Shown: positions 24,951-39,156, counted from the first letter of the stretch. The stretch: 64,000 nucleotides of DNA from Azolla caroliniana (GCA_043228905.1 JBHGNT010000020.1:7316001-7380000), one strand, 5' to 3'. The notes: generated by a model not told the origin, from the letters alone. Numbers and translations: made by a program.

Positions 24951-26162
24951 TAGGGAAAGGATGGAAAGGGTACACTGTTTTACGATAGAGGGGAAGGAGT
25001 GAAGGGTCTAGTGCACTCGGTCTCTTTCGATTGAAGCATCAGGGAAGGAAAGGCATAAGGATGAAGAAGGAGGCGATGGTGAAAACTGATGGGCATGCTA
25101 AAAAGTCTGGGAATGGGCAATGGAAAGAAATGGAGGTGGAAGACAATGTAAGTCCTCTGTCCAGCGGATGTCGAGACATGCTATTAGTTAGTCAATCCAT
25201 GGATGGATGCGGGTTTTGAAGGTCTTGGTTTGTTGCTGCGTGTGCACAACATGGACACAACCGAACCGAACCGAACCGAACCGAGAGAGAGTATGTACAT
25301 ATAGTGTGTTGGCATGGTACATAGTATGTAGTTGTAGTTGGAGTGGGTGGGTGGGTGCGTCCGAACTCTAGGTAGGCAAGAATGAACAAAAACAATATGT
25401 ACACACATTATGTAATAGAAAGAAAGAAAGAAAGAAAGCCCAAAAAACTATGGTCTTGCTGCAGCATCATCATCTCCTCTTTTCCACCATTTCCTGCACT
25501 AAACTTACAGTAGCGATAGGTGCAACAAGTGCATACATAGGTTTTCCTCTCTGTTCCTTCTCCGGCCACGCGCCCGGTCCGAATTTCGAAGAATACCCCT
25601 GCATACATACATACATACATATTTGTATGTACGGAGATTGCAGAGACCTAACTCTATACACGCGCGAAGACCCCTCCTGCTTTGTGGGCGATTTCTCCTT
25701 CTTTCTGTCCTTTATTAAACTAATCCGAAGATCTCCTTCACCTCCTGGAGATCCTTCGTGTTTCAGGTTTGCCACTTATATTCCTGCCCTCATCTTTTTT
25801 TAAAATTTCTTCCCCGTTTTAACTATGTTTATTACATCTTCTCGATTTAGGGCTTGGATTAGGTTTAGAGTTCTCTTTTTTCTTTTTCTTTTTTGGTACA
25901 ACCAACCATTCATCAAGTTTTCTCATGAAAGATCGTCTTAGAAAGGTATTGATCCAAGCGAAAAATTTGACATGATGGGTTCGTTTTTAATTACTTTTTG
26001 AACAGTTTGATGAACAAATAATGAGTCAACATCATTCTAGTATATTCAGTTCGTTAAATTGTATTGCTTTCTAGTATAAAATACTCCTATTCATCACTGT
26101 GCATATGCCAGATTCTGATTTAGAGCAAAGATATTATTCAAAGTATCTGGTGCAAGATACAC

Positions 26163-29100
26163 ATGGCAGCTCCGGGAGATCGAAGGTAATCAATCACCTT
26201 ACAGCATCCAGATCAAATCCAGTTTGCAATTTTAGTTTTTATATTTTGTTCTATTTCCTTCTCTTGATGTTTAGTTGGAACGGGCTCTGATTTGTCTATA
26301 TCTTCTAATTTGAGTATTTATATATTTTTCTTTATATGCTTCTTTTTATGTTTGTGCAGAATTGGTGCAGGTCGAAGAGGCATGACGGTGTTAGGGAAGA
26401 TCCCTTCCCCAGCTGTTCCAAAACCAATAAATTTACCAAGTCAAAAGTAAGACCTACATTCTTTGTCTGTGTTGGTGATGACTTTTTCCAGAAATCAAGG
26501 ATAACTAAATGGTGAAACTGATTCTTCGATTTGACAGGTTGGAGAATAAAGGGTTGGAGACAAATGTTGAAATAGTGCCACGGTATGTCTTGGTGTCATT
26601 GAAAGATCATTTGGAATGCATTACAGATATTAATTGTCCGTGACTTTTGCAAAAGTGTATGTGGAGGTTCAAGGGGGAGAGGAGCAGCAGTGTAAAGTAT
26701 AAGAATCACAATCATTATATAGTCAAGATCACTCACATTGTTTCTGTCTCGTGTTAAGTGTTTGTTGCATCTAAGAGATCCATATTGTAGTTCAGTTTGG
26801 AGTAGAAACATAGCTAGGACAGGCCTTTGGGTTTATTAGGATATTTTTATGCAGTTTCGTATTGTTATTGCTCATATATTTTCTTCTATGCAACTCAAGC
26901 TGACTTGAAAATTAGGGTATTTTTATGTAGTTTTGAGTTATTATTGCCCGTATACATTCACCTGTGCAACTCATTGTGGCTCAAAAAAGATTGCTGTGGT
27001 ATGACCATGAAGTCATATTGGAATCACTTCCTTTAATTGTTTTTGCTTGCTATTTACTAATTTCGTGACTCCAGAAGTTTAACGAGACCAAGTGCACTAG
27101 ACCCTTCACTCCTTCCCCATCGAAGAATACCCCTGCATATTTGTATGTACGGAGATTGCAGAGACCTCTCCTGCTTTGTGGGTGATCTTTCTGTCCATTA
27201 TTAAACTAATCCGAAGATCTCCTTCACCTCCTGGCACTTGAATCGAAAGAGACCAAGTGCACTAGACCATTCACTCCTTCCCCTTCGAAGAATACCCCTG
27301 CATATTTGTATGTATGGAGATTGCAGAGACCAAACTAAACACTCGCGAAGACCCCTCCTGCTTTGTGGGTGATTTCTCCTTCTTTCTTGAATCGAAACTA
27401 ATTTCGTGCTTGAATCGAAAGAGACCAAATGCACTAGACCCTTCACTCCTTCCCCTTCGAAGAATACCCCTGTATATTTGTATGTACGGAGATTGCAGAG
27501 TCCTAACTAAACACATGTGAAGACCCCTCCTGCTTGCTATTTACTAATTTCGTGACTCAAGAAGTTTAATATTACCTGTATTTTATCTTTAGCGTTTGTT
27601 CTTGAGCTTGATAGGGTTATTATTTTCATCTGTCATATTCTGAAGCTATGAAATCTTACTGCTGATATTATCTCATGCTAGCATACTATATAAAGAAACC
27701 ATATTCGTATGTGTATTTGTATCTCTATCAATATTACTGTGAACAACCTAGAGAGAAGTTATGAAAACAAAGATGTATATTTAACTTTGTTGATGGGGGA
27801 ATTGTATTAACCTTAAAGTCATTGAATTTTGTGTACAGAAGCATTTCATCCACATTAACTATGGTGCTAAAATGGTTTCCAAGCATAGAAGCAACCTATT
27901 TTAATTATCCCTTCATTTATGGAGATAGAATTAAATATTACCCTCCCCTGACTTAAATTCTTATTTTGAGTGCATAGCCTTGAGATTTAGACATTCTTTG
28001 CTCCAACGAAGTTCCTCATTTCTGTCCAATTTTGTCTGATGCTTAGCTACTCTTTTAAGAAATCCATCCAATTTTGTCTGACGTGTATAATTCGCAGTGA
28101 GAATGAAAGACAGAAAATGAAAAGACATTCTTTTTGATGGATCCTTAATTTATGCATGTCAGCATTCTTTGTGAAGTTAAATTATTGATGGTACTTCGAA
28201 TTAACTTTTGCATCCTGTTGATAGAGGAACATTTAGCTGGGGGAGTACAAGCCGCAATGCATCAAGTACCAATAAATCAGGACCTCCTAATGTCACGCCT
28301 TCACCTCCTCTGGGTACTGGGGCATGGGGTGGTGCTGCAAAGATACAACCTATATCTGTTTCTGTTAATGAATCAGGAAACTTGGTTGAAAATACTCAAC
28401 CATCATCTCCCAGTAGTGCCGCACGGCCTTCTTCTGCTCCAACTTCAACCAGAGCTTGGGGTATGGGAGCGAAGGTAAATTATTCATGTGTGGTGTTTAA
28501 AATACCATTAAGTTATCTTTTATTGGTGTATTTATTATAGGCTAATGATTCTTATGTGTCACATTTTGTAGTCACAATCACATGGAGAATCCAGTGGCTC
28601 CAGCATAAATCCTGTGGAGTCTTGCCCACAAGAACCTCAAAGAACTAGAGATGCACTACCACAGAAAAGTGATTACTATATTTACTTGCTTTATCTAGTA
28701 TTTGCAAGTTTCAATTCCCATTTGGCAATGGTTTTCATGATTTTGATTAGCTTTATACATGCATTGAACTTATGTGGTGATTGGAGATAGAAGTTCCTAC
28801 TATTTAACGACAAGATTGTTCTTATGAAAGGGGTTTTGGTCCTTATCCATGGGTATAGTCTTGTAGGATTCTCAAGTTTCAATACCCTTTTGTCATGGGG
28901 TTTCATGATTTTGATTAGCTTTCTATGTATATTATATGTATTGTACTTATTGGTGATTAGGGATAGAATTTATTCCTACTATTTAACTAAAAGCTTGCTC
29001 CTTATGAAAGGGATTCTGGTTCATGTGTATGGTATTTAAATTCTGTAGAGCTAAATTCTGTGTTCTGTGTTGTACGTGAGTGAAGAAAAAATCATATTCT

Positions 29101-32100
29101 TTTGTGCAGACATTGCAGAACACTCAAATCGACCAATGTCTGCAGATGGCACACTTGTGGACAAAGATAGGCATCTCCTGCTTCATCCAGGTTTATCTTT
29201 TTCTAGCACAATATTTTCATTTTGAGTGTATCTATGAATGGTTAAAAATTTTCTTGAGATATCTTGAAGTTTCTCATACAGGTGCTAGTGGCTATGGCAG
29301 AGCTGGTCCTGGTCCTGGTCCTGGTCCTGGTCCTGTACCTGGAGGCTTTCCTCTTCCAGGAGGTGGCTACAATGACCATGTTATTAGGCAGGGAATGCAT
29401 TCACCAATTAGCCACGACGTACCTGCTGGTTTAGGAATTTATCCACGCCCTCCCCATCATGATGTATACTATCAATTTGGAGTTCCTCATTATAACAATA
29501 TGAAGGACAGGGATATAGCTGTAGTAGCCATGGTTAATAATGCTGGATACTATGGAAGCTATCCACCACAGGTTGCACACCCAGAGTATATAGGACAGCG
29601 TCCAATCTATGCAAATTATGGTCTCCGTGCTCCTCATCCGGAACAGTTTATTAGACCTGTCCATGGAAATATGGGCCCTCGGCCACATGATTTGAATATG
29701 AATATGGGCTATGTTCGCGAGGGTGAATTTTTATCTCATGAAGGAGAAGGCTTTTATGATCCAAGGAAAGATGCTAGAAAACATGGAGATGGGTATCATG
29801 GCTCAAAACCTATATATGGACTTGAGCAGAGCCACAGGACACTGAGTATCCCTGGTAGGCATATGTCTGGCAACAGAGAGGGGAGAGACTCTGGAAATGA
29901 TTTCAGGGATCATAAAAATCCCGTGTCTGAAAGGGCCTTTCCTGCACTGCTGCCTCCAGAAGGAAAATTCACATTGCTTACAAAGACTCCTCGACTTGAG
30001 GAGCAAAGTGATGGAGATATGGATCACAACATGGAAAAGAAAAGCAGTGAAGGTACTCAAAATGTAGAGAAGCCTAAAAGTAAGGCTGCCAAAAATTATG
30101 ATGAGACTACAGACGGTAAGGGTGAGGCTAAGGATACGATAAAGACCGATGAGCGAGTTGAAATTCAAAGAAAAGATGGTTTTCTGATAAACAAAGAAAC
30201 CAAGGAGAATAGCCTTCCTAAAAAGAATGAGCTTATTGCTCATATGAAGGATGGCCATATTGTTCCTAAAAAGGTTGGTCATATTGTTCCGAAAAAAGAT
30301 GAGCATATTGTTTTGGAAAAGGATGAGCATATCATTCCTAAAATGATCAAACAGATTACCTTATCCTCAGTGTCTGTAGGTTGCAAGAAAGATGAGCTGC
30401 AAATTGGTTCTATTGTGACTCCAGTTGCATCATTGTCATCCAAGAAAGCAGATTCTAAAAACAATATTGAATTTGTGTCATCAACTCAGGAGCTTCATCT
30501 CTCTGTGACAGAAGAAACCAAGAGTGATACGGAGCCGAAGACACTCATGAATAACAATACATTGTCTGAATCTAGCATTAATGGGCTAAAAACTAACAAG
30601 AAATCTGACAAAATTTCTATTCCCAACAGTAGTACTATTTCTGCTGGAGAACACCATCCAACTGTTAGCAAAGAGAGTTCCAAAAATACAGCAACAACAG
30701 AAACTTCTTTGAAAGATGAACATAAAGGTAAAGGCAGAACTTATAATCAGAAAGCTGGCAAGGGTTGGAGACCAAAATCACCTGTTAAAGATGTGAACCC
30801 ATCTTATAGTTCACACAGTTTGAAAGCAACTGACCAGGCCTCTAATACAAGTGGTTTCCCAGAATTACATCATGCTCAGTCATCTGAGAGAAATGATGGG
30901 AGTTTGAATGTCCGAGCTGATAAACTAGCACCTCTCTCTCTTGACGAGAGGTGTAATGGTGCAGCAACTGCAGAGTCTGGACGCCATAGTGGGAAAAAGC
31001 ATCATAAAGACTACTCAGCAATTTCCATTGGTGGACCTTTACTTAAAGATAACCATGAAGAAAAAAACAAACTTATTTCAACTGATAATTTGCCATTAAA
31101 AGAGGACCCAAAGGCGAAGTCAAGGCAAGTGAATCAGAAAGTGGATAAAGAGTGGAGGGCCAAATCCCCAGCTGTTGAGGCGCATGTTTCTGTCAAAGTT
31201 TCTGGTATTCAGTCTGGCAAGCAAGACATGGTCGACATTGAATCCACAGATATTCTGACCAAAAAAACTGCAGAACAAGAGGCTTCTGATGCATATGACT
31301 ATGAGAAACAGGTAACAACCATGATTTTTGTACAATTTTTAGACAATTGTTTTCCCATTATTGTTGTAAATTTGAGACATTAAGGTGTTTAGAGCTTGCG
31401 TTCTTATTGATCAATTTTTCGAAAGATAGGTCAGGAATATAGTTTCATAGTGGCAGGTGTAACTATTTAGTTATTTGCCCAAGCATCCATTAGATGCATC
31501 ACTGGTATGTAGTCTATGTTAAAAGCCGTGTATGTAGTGGGAACCTCCATGTGTGTCATCTATAGGGGAAACAGGAACTAAAATTGTAATATCTGAATCC
31601 ATTTCTTTAAGACATGAAGAAAGTCCTATTTCATTCTCTGAAATTCCTTTAAGGTATATGAGCCAATACAATCCGTCTGAGTGGGGTGCACATATTCTCA
31701 TGCAAAACTCGGATTTAATTAGTAGTTCTGAGTTTTATAACATTGTATGCTGTCATATTGTTCTGGATTCAAGCATCCCTGGGATGCAATATAGATAGCA
31801 TTGTAATATATGTTCAAGTCTTGTGTTCTTGTGGGCTATCAACAACTTTTCTACTATTTGTATGAATTATCTTGTGTTAATATAAAACTTCAAGTCACGT
31901 TCATTTGGCTCTTGGAGAGACAATTCCCCTTGTACTATTCTAATTTCTGAAGGTTTGGTTGCAACTTTTGAAACCCATATTTCACACAAAAACTGTCCAT
32001 CTGTGTCCCTGCCTACCAAATATGTTAGCGAACATGAAATTGTGCTTTGGCGCAAGTCTGGTTATATCTCAACTATGGTTCTATGAACTATAACTATGCA

Positions 32101-34672
32101 CAATTTTGAGCAGTTGCATGATGGAAGTCAGCAGTTTGTATAGGTAATAAATACAAGCTTTGTACAGGTTTTTTAGTATCATCATAACCTTGCCAAAAAC
32201 AGTAGTAAATATGTTCTTTACTTAATCAACTGACGCAAAATGCTGTTTGCGTCTATACTGAAATCTATGCAATTTTACCTTTTGCCTTATAGATAGGTTG
32301 TCTTCATATTCTTGTTATCTACTGACTTGACTCACGTCTGTCTTATTTTCATGCAGCGTGCAAAGCTCAAGGAAATTGCGGCACAAAGAGCAATGCAACT
32401 CCGGCAAGAGGAGGAGGAGCGAGCAAAAGAACAAAGAGCCAAGGCTCTTGCCAAGCTTGAAGAGTTGGATAGGAGAACTTTGGCACTTCCTACTTCTGTA
32501 GAAACATCTGAACATGATACTATGGTCAGTTTCTTATTATATTATTTCATATGTATAGATGGGACTAAGATTCAGTTTCATGTGAACATTGAATTTCCTT
32601 TGCAAGAATGTTTACTGCTCACCTAATGCTGGTTGCTTATTGACGTTAATTGGGTTTTCATACTTACCAAGATTGTCAATGATGATGGTGCCAATAAGAA
32701 GCTCAAACAGAAGCAGACATCGTTGAAGCACACTGCCAAGGATTCGACATTGAATGATTCCTCTGTTGTGGATAAGGATTTAACAAATAAGAACATTTCA
32801 TGGGTGGCACCTACACTGTCAAACAGGAATATTGTCAAAGCAGATGAGAAAAGGGAGCTCTCTGTAAATGCTACAATTCCCTTAACCGCCAGGGATAGCA
32901 TAGATGAGACTCAGAGAAATCTGAAGGCTCCACAGTTTGTAGCTAGCACTCATAAAGATCAAAGACAACATTCTCGAAGGGTGGAACTGGATCAGGTGTA
33001 TGATGCATCTTCAAGCAAGAAGCTAGAAGTAGAGAAAAAGAAAAATGAGGGCACAAAGTCCAGCCGTCCCCAACAGGAAAGAAATCATATAACTGAGGAA
33101 CACATCTCTATAGGTGACCCAATCAAAGATGATAAGCAACTCAATTGTCCAATGGTAACTCTAGGTGTTGAGGTTCATGGTAAAGGAGGACAGTCTGGTA
33201 GGGCAGCATCAGTGCAACAGCGCGCTAAGGAAGGTATGCATTACAAGCCCAAGCAGATGATTGCGCCATATACAAATGTACCAGAAGAACATATTGGTTC
33301 TATCTCTAATGTGGACAAGAACAGTGGAATGCAATCCACTTCCCAACAAGCCACTCCTGTTTCTGGATTGGATTCCCGGCACAGCTCTGAGAAACATGGC
33401 AGGTTGTATGGTTCATGGAGGCAGAAAAATTCAAGTGGAGAGAGCTCTTATGGAATTGGAGGTAATCCAAAACATACAGATAATATCTCTGAGGGGAACT
33501 TTGATAATTCAGTAGTGAGGCATCGTTTGAGGCACATGGAGAGTGTTGTTGAGGGAAAACTGGATAATTCAGCAGTGAAGCCTTGTGTCAAGCATGTAGA
33601 CAGTGCCTCTGAGGGGAACATTGATAATTCAGTACCGAAGCCTCGGTTCAAGCACATGGAGAGTGTCTCTGGGGTCAACTTTGATAATGCAGTTGTGAAC
33701 CCTCACATCAACAAGCATATGGAGAGTGCATCTGAGGGGTATTTTGATAATTTGTTAGGGAAGTCTCATGAAGTGAGGAATGGCCGAAAACAGCCATATA
33801 AAACTGCTAGTGAGATCCATAAGCAAGGTGACATACAGTCTGAAACAACTGAAATTTCTGGAATGGAGAAATCATCTGAAAGCTCTGTAGGATTGATCAC
33901 TTACGGTCCCAATTTAGAAGAAATCAAAGGTGGTGACGCAATGAAACCTGGCCGGTCTCGTAATTCATGGAGACAGAAGAACGTCAATGGACATTCTCTT
34001 CTTAAAACAAGTTCCTTGAAGGAACATTCAGCAGAGGCCAAAGAGTCACATGAAGAACAATTAAATTTTCCTCAAAATGAGTTGCTGCCATCTTCAGAGT
34101 TGAGCCATTCAAATAATATGAGAAATGATTCAAAATTTGCGGTGAAAGTGAGTTCTGGGCCATCAGTACGACTGAATAACCATCGATCACCGCGGGTATC
34201 AAGTGCTCCCAATCAAGGAAAGCCTACCCAACAAGCATTAGATGATGGTCCTAATATAGGACAACAAGGTAGATACAGTGGGCCCAATAAACAAAGTTGG
34301 GATAGCAAGCATATGCATGAAACTGACAATCGATTCGCTACCAACCAAAGAAAGAGTGGCGGATCACAATGGCAAGCTGAAGAAGCAGCATACATTGATG
34401 GAAATACACAGGGTTATAAGCAACCGAGGAAGGCCAAATTTGATGCTTATAAACCGAATCGTCAATACCAACCAGCATCTCAAGGCTTCAGACAACAGCC
34501 ACTTGATGAGCATTCTGAATCCAAGTCAGATGGAGTGTACCATGGTGAGAATCGACATGGAAGAGGACGAGACAAGTCATCAAGAAAGGCTCCTTTGAAC
34601 AGCTGTTCAACTTCCTTGGAGCTTGACAGAAAGGAAACTGGAGCGCCCATGAAATCCGAGATTAGTTATTGA
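26163..34672 (+). CDS. MOS1: MODIFIER OF SNC1 1-like (BAT2/PRRC2 N-terminal domain) protein. Predicted exons 26163-26185, 26360-26446, 26538-26582, 28225-28474, 28572-28668, 29110-29190, 29282-31311, 32357-32524, 32672-34672
   Basis: GT-AG junctions keep frame. N-terminus MAAPGDRRIGAGRRGMTVLGKIPSPAVPKPINLPSQKLENKGLETNVEIVPRGTFSWGS matches the BAT2_N/MOS1 motif; the conserved QRAKLKEIAAQRA..EEEERAKEQRAKALAKLEELDRRT coil is present. Exons 5-6 are less certain. Confidence 0.88.
27044..27569. repeat. Three chimeric tandem units in intron 3 flanked by a 39-bp direct repeat
   Basis: Each unit = reverse complement of ~24990-25037 joined to a direct copy of ~25586-25750; flanks 27044-27082 and 27531-27569. 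Confidence 0.85.
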
Positions 34673-36755
34673 AAAGACTCATTTATGAAAAACAAACAAA
34701 AAGAAAAGCAAAAACAGAAAAAAAGAACTTTCTTTTTTTATTGCCTCCCTAAAAAGGTGGGAGGAGGATGATTGTGATGTAAATTTTTGTATGGAAATGA
34801 AATTGGAGATTTTGCTGATGACAAGAAGACATTGTGGAGGCTGTCACGTTCACCTCTCAAATTTCAGAAATTCGTGATCCTGTTTTTGCATACAGTATAT
34901 GTCAACTGCACTGAAGACATTGATGTGAAGCTCTGCAGTTGTGCTTTTTATAACAACTTGCTTGCTGGATATTGCGATTGCATTTGAGTTGCCTAAATTG
35001 ATTTCTATACTTTCTCTAGACAGCTAGGGTGTTTTGCTCCTTTTTTATAAAATGATTGTATATTTGGAACATATACCTTGCACCGTTACCCCTTCCATCG
35101 ATATGCTAGATTTCATTTCGACCTTGAAAATGGTTCATTTGGGGAAGCTCCATGAATTTAGGTTGAGATGGATATTTCGAAAATGAAACCATCTATTTAT
35201 TTATCAAATTCTGTACATAACTATAATCAATTGTAAAAGAAAAATATTTCGAACAAACTTTCTTCTTATAGCTTTGAATACTTGGTGCTATTGGTTTTCC
35301 GAGACCGACACATGAGAACATTGTTGGCCTGTTTCTGCGACTAATGTATACAATTGTGCTACAGACATGTTATTGTGATCTTATACAAATGTTATAATGA
35401 ACACATGACATTGTCTTAGAAATTTGGAATCAAAATGGTTTGCAATGGCTAGTGTGAATAAGGTAATGCATGTTGTAAAGCTTAAAAACAATATTCATGA
35501 AGTTGTATGTAGGGATATAATGGTTATATTAAGATTTAAAAATGTTAGTTACTAGATTGTCTTGAGTTATATTTTAATACAATATGTATGTCATGCTTCA
35601 ACATATGGCAAATTAACAAGCATTGGAAGTTAAATGTTTGAGAGAGGAGTTACTTGCTATGAAGAGAATAACATTGTGAACTCAAGATGCTTGGATGCCC
35701 AAACTAGAGACTTTGCATAGAAGAAATATTATTTGGACAAGAGTGACATGTGTTTATCATGAGGACTTGGAAAACTACCTATGGGTTTGTAAGAAGATTT
35801 GTATGGGTTAAAGTAATACTATGTAAAGATAATCTTTTTTTGGCATGTTGTTACATTCCTCATAGAGAGTCCAACTACTACAATTTGTATGAGCTAGATC
35901 CTGATGGTCAGGTTATTCTAGTTTATGTGTTGATATTCTTACATATGAGAAGATTGCTATTTTAATGCAAGGGTTGAAACTTATCACATTGTAGAAATTT
36001 ATGATAATGTAATAGTGTTGGATTAAAAAACAAATGGTTCACAAGATTGTAGAATGTTAGATTATCTTAGACTTTTGTATGTATGCTTAATTGCATAAAC
36101 TAAAAAATTGTCAATGGTACCAATGCATTCCTAATGAGAAATCTTTTGACATGTCTCCTAGCTTTGGGAGGAAGTTTATATATCTATGGTGAATATATTT
36201 AGAATTGGCCCATTGCCATCAACTCAAACCAAAAACTATAAACTCACACATTGGCTAATAATAATGCATTAGAGTACAAAAGGAAACGAGGTATGTGATC
36301 TTGATATAACATAGCTAATCTATATGAAAATGAGTTTGAAAGCCATATCATGAACCTCTCCCTTAGTAAAGACGTGAAAACAAATTGACAACAATTGGAG
36401 GATGTCATTCTCAAGCTAGGGCATAGATATTTCGGTGCATATGCAGGTTTGATGAAGTATGCAAGATTCATCTCATGTTAAAGCTTGCAAATTAAAAATA
36501 TGAAAAAGGAAAATTCCTAACATAGTATAAACATTGAAGAATGGCGAGGAGAAAGGAGAGACAATATTATGGAATGCAAGAACGGAAGAAAATACGAATG
36601 TTTAAATACGAAGGAAGATATAATTGGCGAATTCACTAGTAAAGAGATAAACAATGTGTACATCAACATTATATGTATGATGAGATAATGCCTATGACAT
36701 TGAATATTGAAACAACATGTACTGTATGTGTGTTTATTAAAGATGTTATGAGTGG

Positions 36756-37253
36756 TAGCAATGGGCGGTTCGGTTCGGTTTCAAGGCAAAGAAACTGAAC
36801 CGAACCATTTACTTAAAACAAAAACCAAACCAAACCGTTTATGAACTCTCAGTATTTAAACCAAACCATTTAAGAAAAAGTTGAAACTAAACCGTTTAGT
36901 GAAAAGTTGAAACCAAACCGAACCATTTAATAAAAATTAAAACTTTAATTGAACCATTCAATTAAATAAGAATTTAAGTTAAATTAATTAAATCAATAAA
37001 AAACCATTAATTAAACCATTAAATCAATAAACTATTAAGGTAAAAAAAAAGTTAACCAAAAACCTATAAACCTTTAAACCAAACCTATAAATCTATAAAC
37101 CTATAAACTTGATTTTTAGAACCGAACTGAACCAAAATCAAACCGTTTATTGAAAATCCAAACCAAACCAAACTAGTAAATTTTTTGGGAATCAATAAAC
37201 CGTTAAACCATGGCTTAACGGTTCAGTTTGAGTCGAAACCGTGCCCATTGCTA
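36756..37253. mobile_element. hAT-type MITE (non-autonomous DNA transposon)
   Basis: 11-bp TIR TAGCAATGGGC/GCCCATTGCTA; perfect 8-bp TSD ATGAGTGG; many subterminal AAACC/AACCG motifs; AT-rich interior. Confidence 0.92.
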
Positions 37254-37306
37254 ATGAGTGGGGTGAAAGGAAGTCTAATGACAGTGATGGATGTGGCTTT
37301 AATAAC

Positions 37307-37995
37307 TGTAGAAAGTAGCGTGCGGAAGCAGGTATGAAGACAGAACAGAGGAAGGAAACTCAGGTTCAATGGAGAGCTTGGGCTTACACGGTATACGCGG
37401 GAGAGACAGAGAGAGTAGACACAAAAACTATATTCAATAATAATACTCAAGTCTGTACATAAGACGTGCTCAGTGAGCACTTTTATACAAGTCCTAGAAG
37501 GACTGACCGAAGTACTGACAGTACTTCAATGCTCATCAAGAGCCCCTACACTAACTCCCAAATATATTCCTCACGGAATATCTTTCCTAATGACCTCCCG
37601 GTTTACGTACTCGGCCTAACCGATCGGTCCCAACCGATCCGGTCCTCGGCTTCTTCAGCCGATCCGGCCGATGTTGAGCTTGTCTCTCAACACTCCCCCT
37701 CAAGCTCAACTTGAGGCTCTTCGGGATCTTCACAGCACCGGTTCCTCCTGGCTTCACGCCTCGCTCGCGCTCCTCGACCTGTTCGACTTCGCGCGCTTTG
37801 ACCCTTCCGGTCGGCTTGTCTGCTCATGCGGCCCTTATCAGCTTTTCTGCTGTTGCGGTGTTGACGCTTCTCCTCACGGAATATCTTTCCTAACGACCTC
37901 CCGGTTTACGTACTCGGCCTAACCGATCGGTCCCAACCGATCCGGTCCTCGGCTTCTTCAGCCGATCCGGCCGATGTTGAGCTTGTCTCTCAACA
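37307..37995 (-). mobile_element. Family-B-related mini element B3 (truncated 5' LTR + ~175 bp internal + PPT + full 3' LTR)
   Basis: TSD ATAAC both sides; 3' LTR 37307-37692; PPT TTGAGGGGGAG; ~37870-37995 duplicates the LTR start. Confidence 0.88.
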
Positions 37996-39119
37996 ATAAC
38001 AAATGAGCTCTTGAAATGGATAAGACCACAAACTTTCCAGTGTATGGAAATTACGTTGGATCAACTATCAAACAAGGTTTTCCATAAGATTGGATGAATA
38101 TTGTTATGGAAAAGTTATGTAGCTCTATCATTAAATAAAATATTAGCTCATGGGGAACTATTCAGAAACAAGCACTTGGTGAAACAAGCTTTAGACCACA
38201 ATGAGCAAGTTAGATGCCAATTGAAAATGGATAACGGTTTCTTGAAATACTTTTCCATCAACATGGGGGTTAAGCAAGGTTGTTCATTTTCTCCCATTCT
38301 TTAGTTGATGTATTAAGACTGCAAAAGAAGATTGATAAGGTGACCCAAAAATCATGCAAGAGCTTATGTTTTTTACTCCTATATCCTAATGAGGTTTTGA
38401 TATTCTCGTATAATGTGGATGCCTATGCAACACTTCGTCTATTGGAGACCTTCTATCAAATCAATGAACTAACAATAAACATGAAAAAACAAAAATGATG
38501 GCAATCAAGACAATACAACCACGAAACTACCCTAGTTCTTGATACAAAGGAGAACAAATACAATTGGTACAAAAATTAAAAAAGCTAGGTATTAGTGTTC
38601 TATCAATAAATTGGTGGAATGCATTATTTGAGTCCAGACTTCAAGCAAGTTGGAATAGTCATTAGGGTGCAAATAGGTTGGAATAGTTATTAGGTTGTCC
38701 TTGACATGACTTATTAACTATGCAAACAACAATATGGAATTTAGTTGTTTGGCCTCTATGGTCATTAACAATGCTCTCAAATAACAACATAAATAAGTGT
38801 CTAGAACAAATAACAATGTTACACTAAAAACTATAAACCAGATTCCTAGGGGGATTCAATGTTCCAATCATTGAGGCACCATTTGTGCCTGATCCTTCTT
38901 CCACCATAGTTGTCTCTGCTTGTGTATTATATGTTCGCCCCTACAAAGATCATTCTATCATGTCTCTGTCACTCATTCCTTTCCCCTCATTATTGTCTAT
39001 TCTGTGTCTTTACCACCGTGAACCTCTACATACCTTTGGAGAACTAATCTCTTTTTGGGAATAAGAATATCTACAATAAGAACTTCTCATTTATGGTTTT
39101 TTATTCATCTTTTGTCAGA

Positions 39120-39156
<37 letters not shown>

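Larger units (their letters stand above)
35600..38660 (+). mobile_element. Highly decayed non-LTR retrotransposon (endonuclease + RT), host of the MITE and B3
   Basis: VWVKV..LFLACCYIPH (APE-like); MGVKQGCSFSPIL and LLLYPNE (RT QG/YADD-like); boundaries approximate. Confidence 0.65.

Noticed and set aside
24617-24955. TAGGG as TSD of a complete solo LTR
   Set aside because: The left copy lies in Tcn1 gag sequence and is not followed by TG; the LTR lacks U5; probably coincidence
29080-31383. 767-aa and 679-aa (32633-34672) ORFs as standalone genes
   Set aside because: They are large exons of the MOS1-like gene with intronic read-through at their ends
39125-39153. (CT)n/(GA)n microsatellites here and in LTR R regions
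   Set aside because: Ordinary simple repeats
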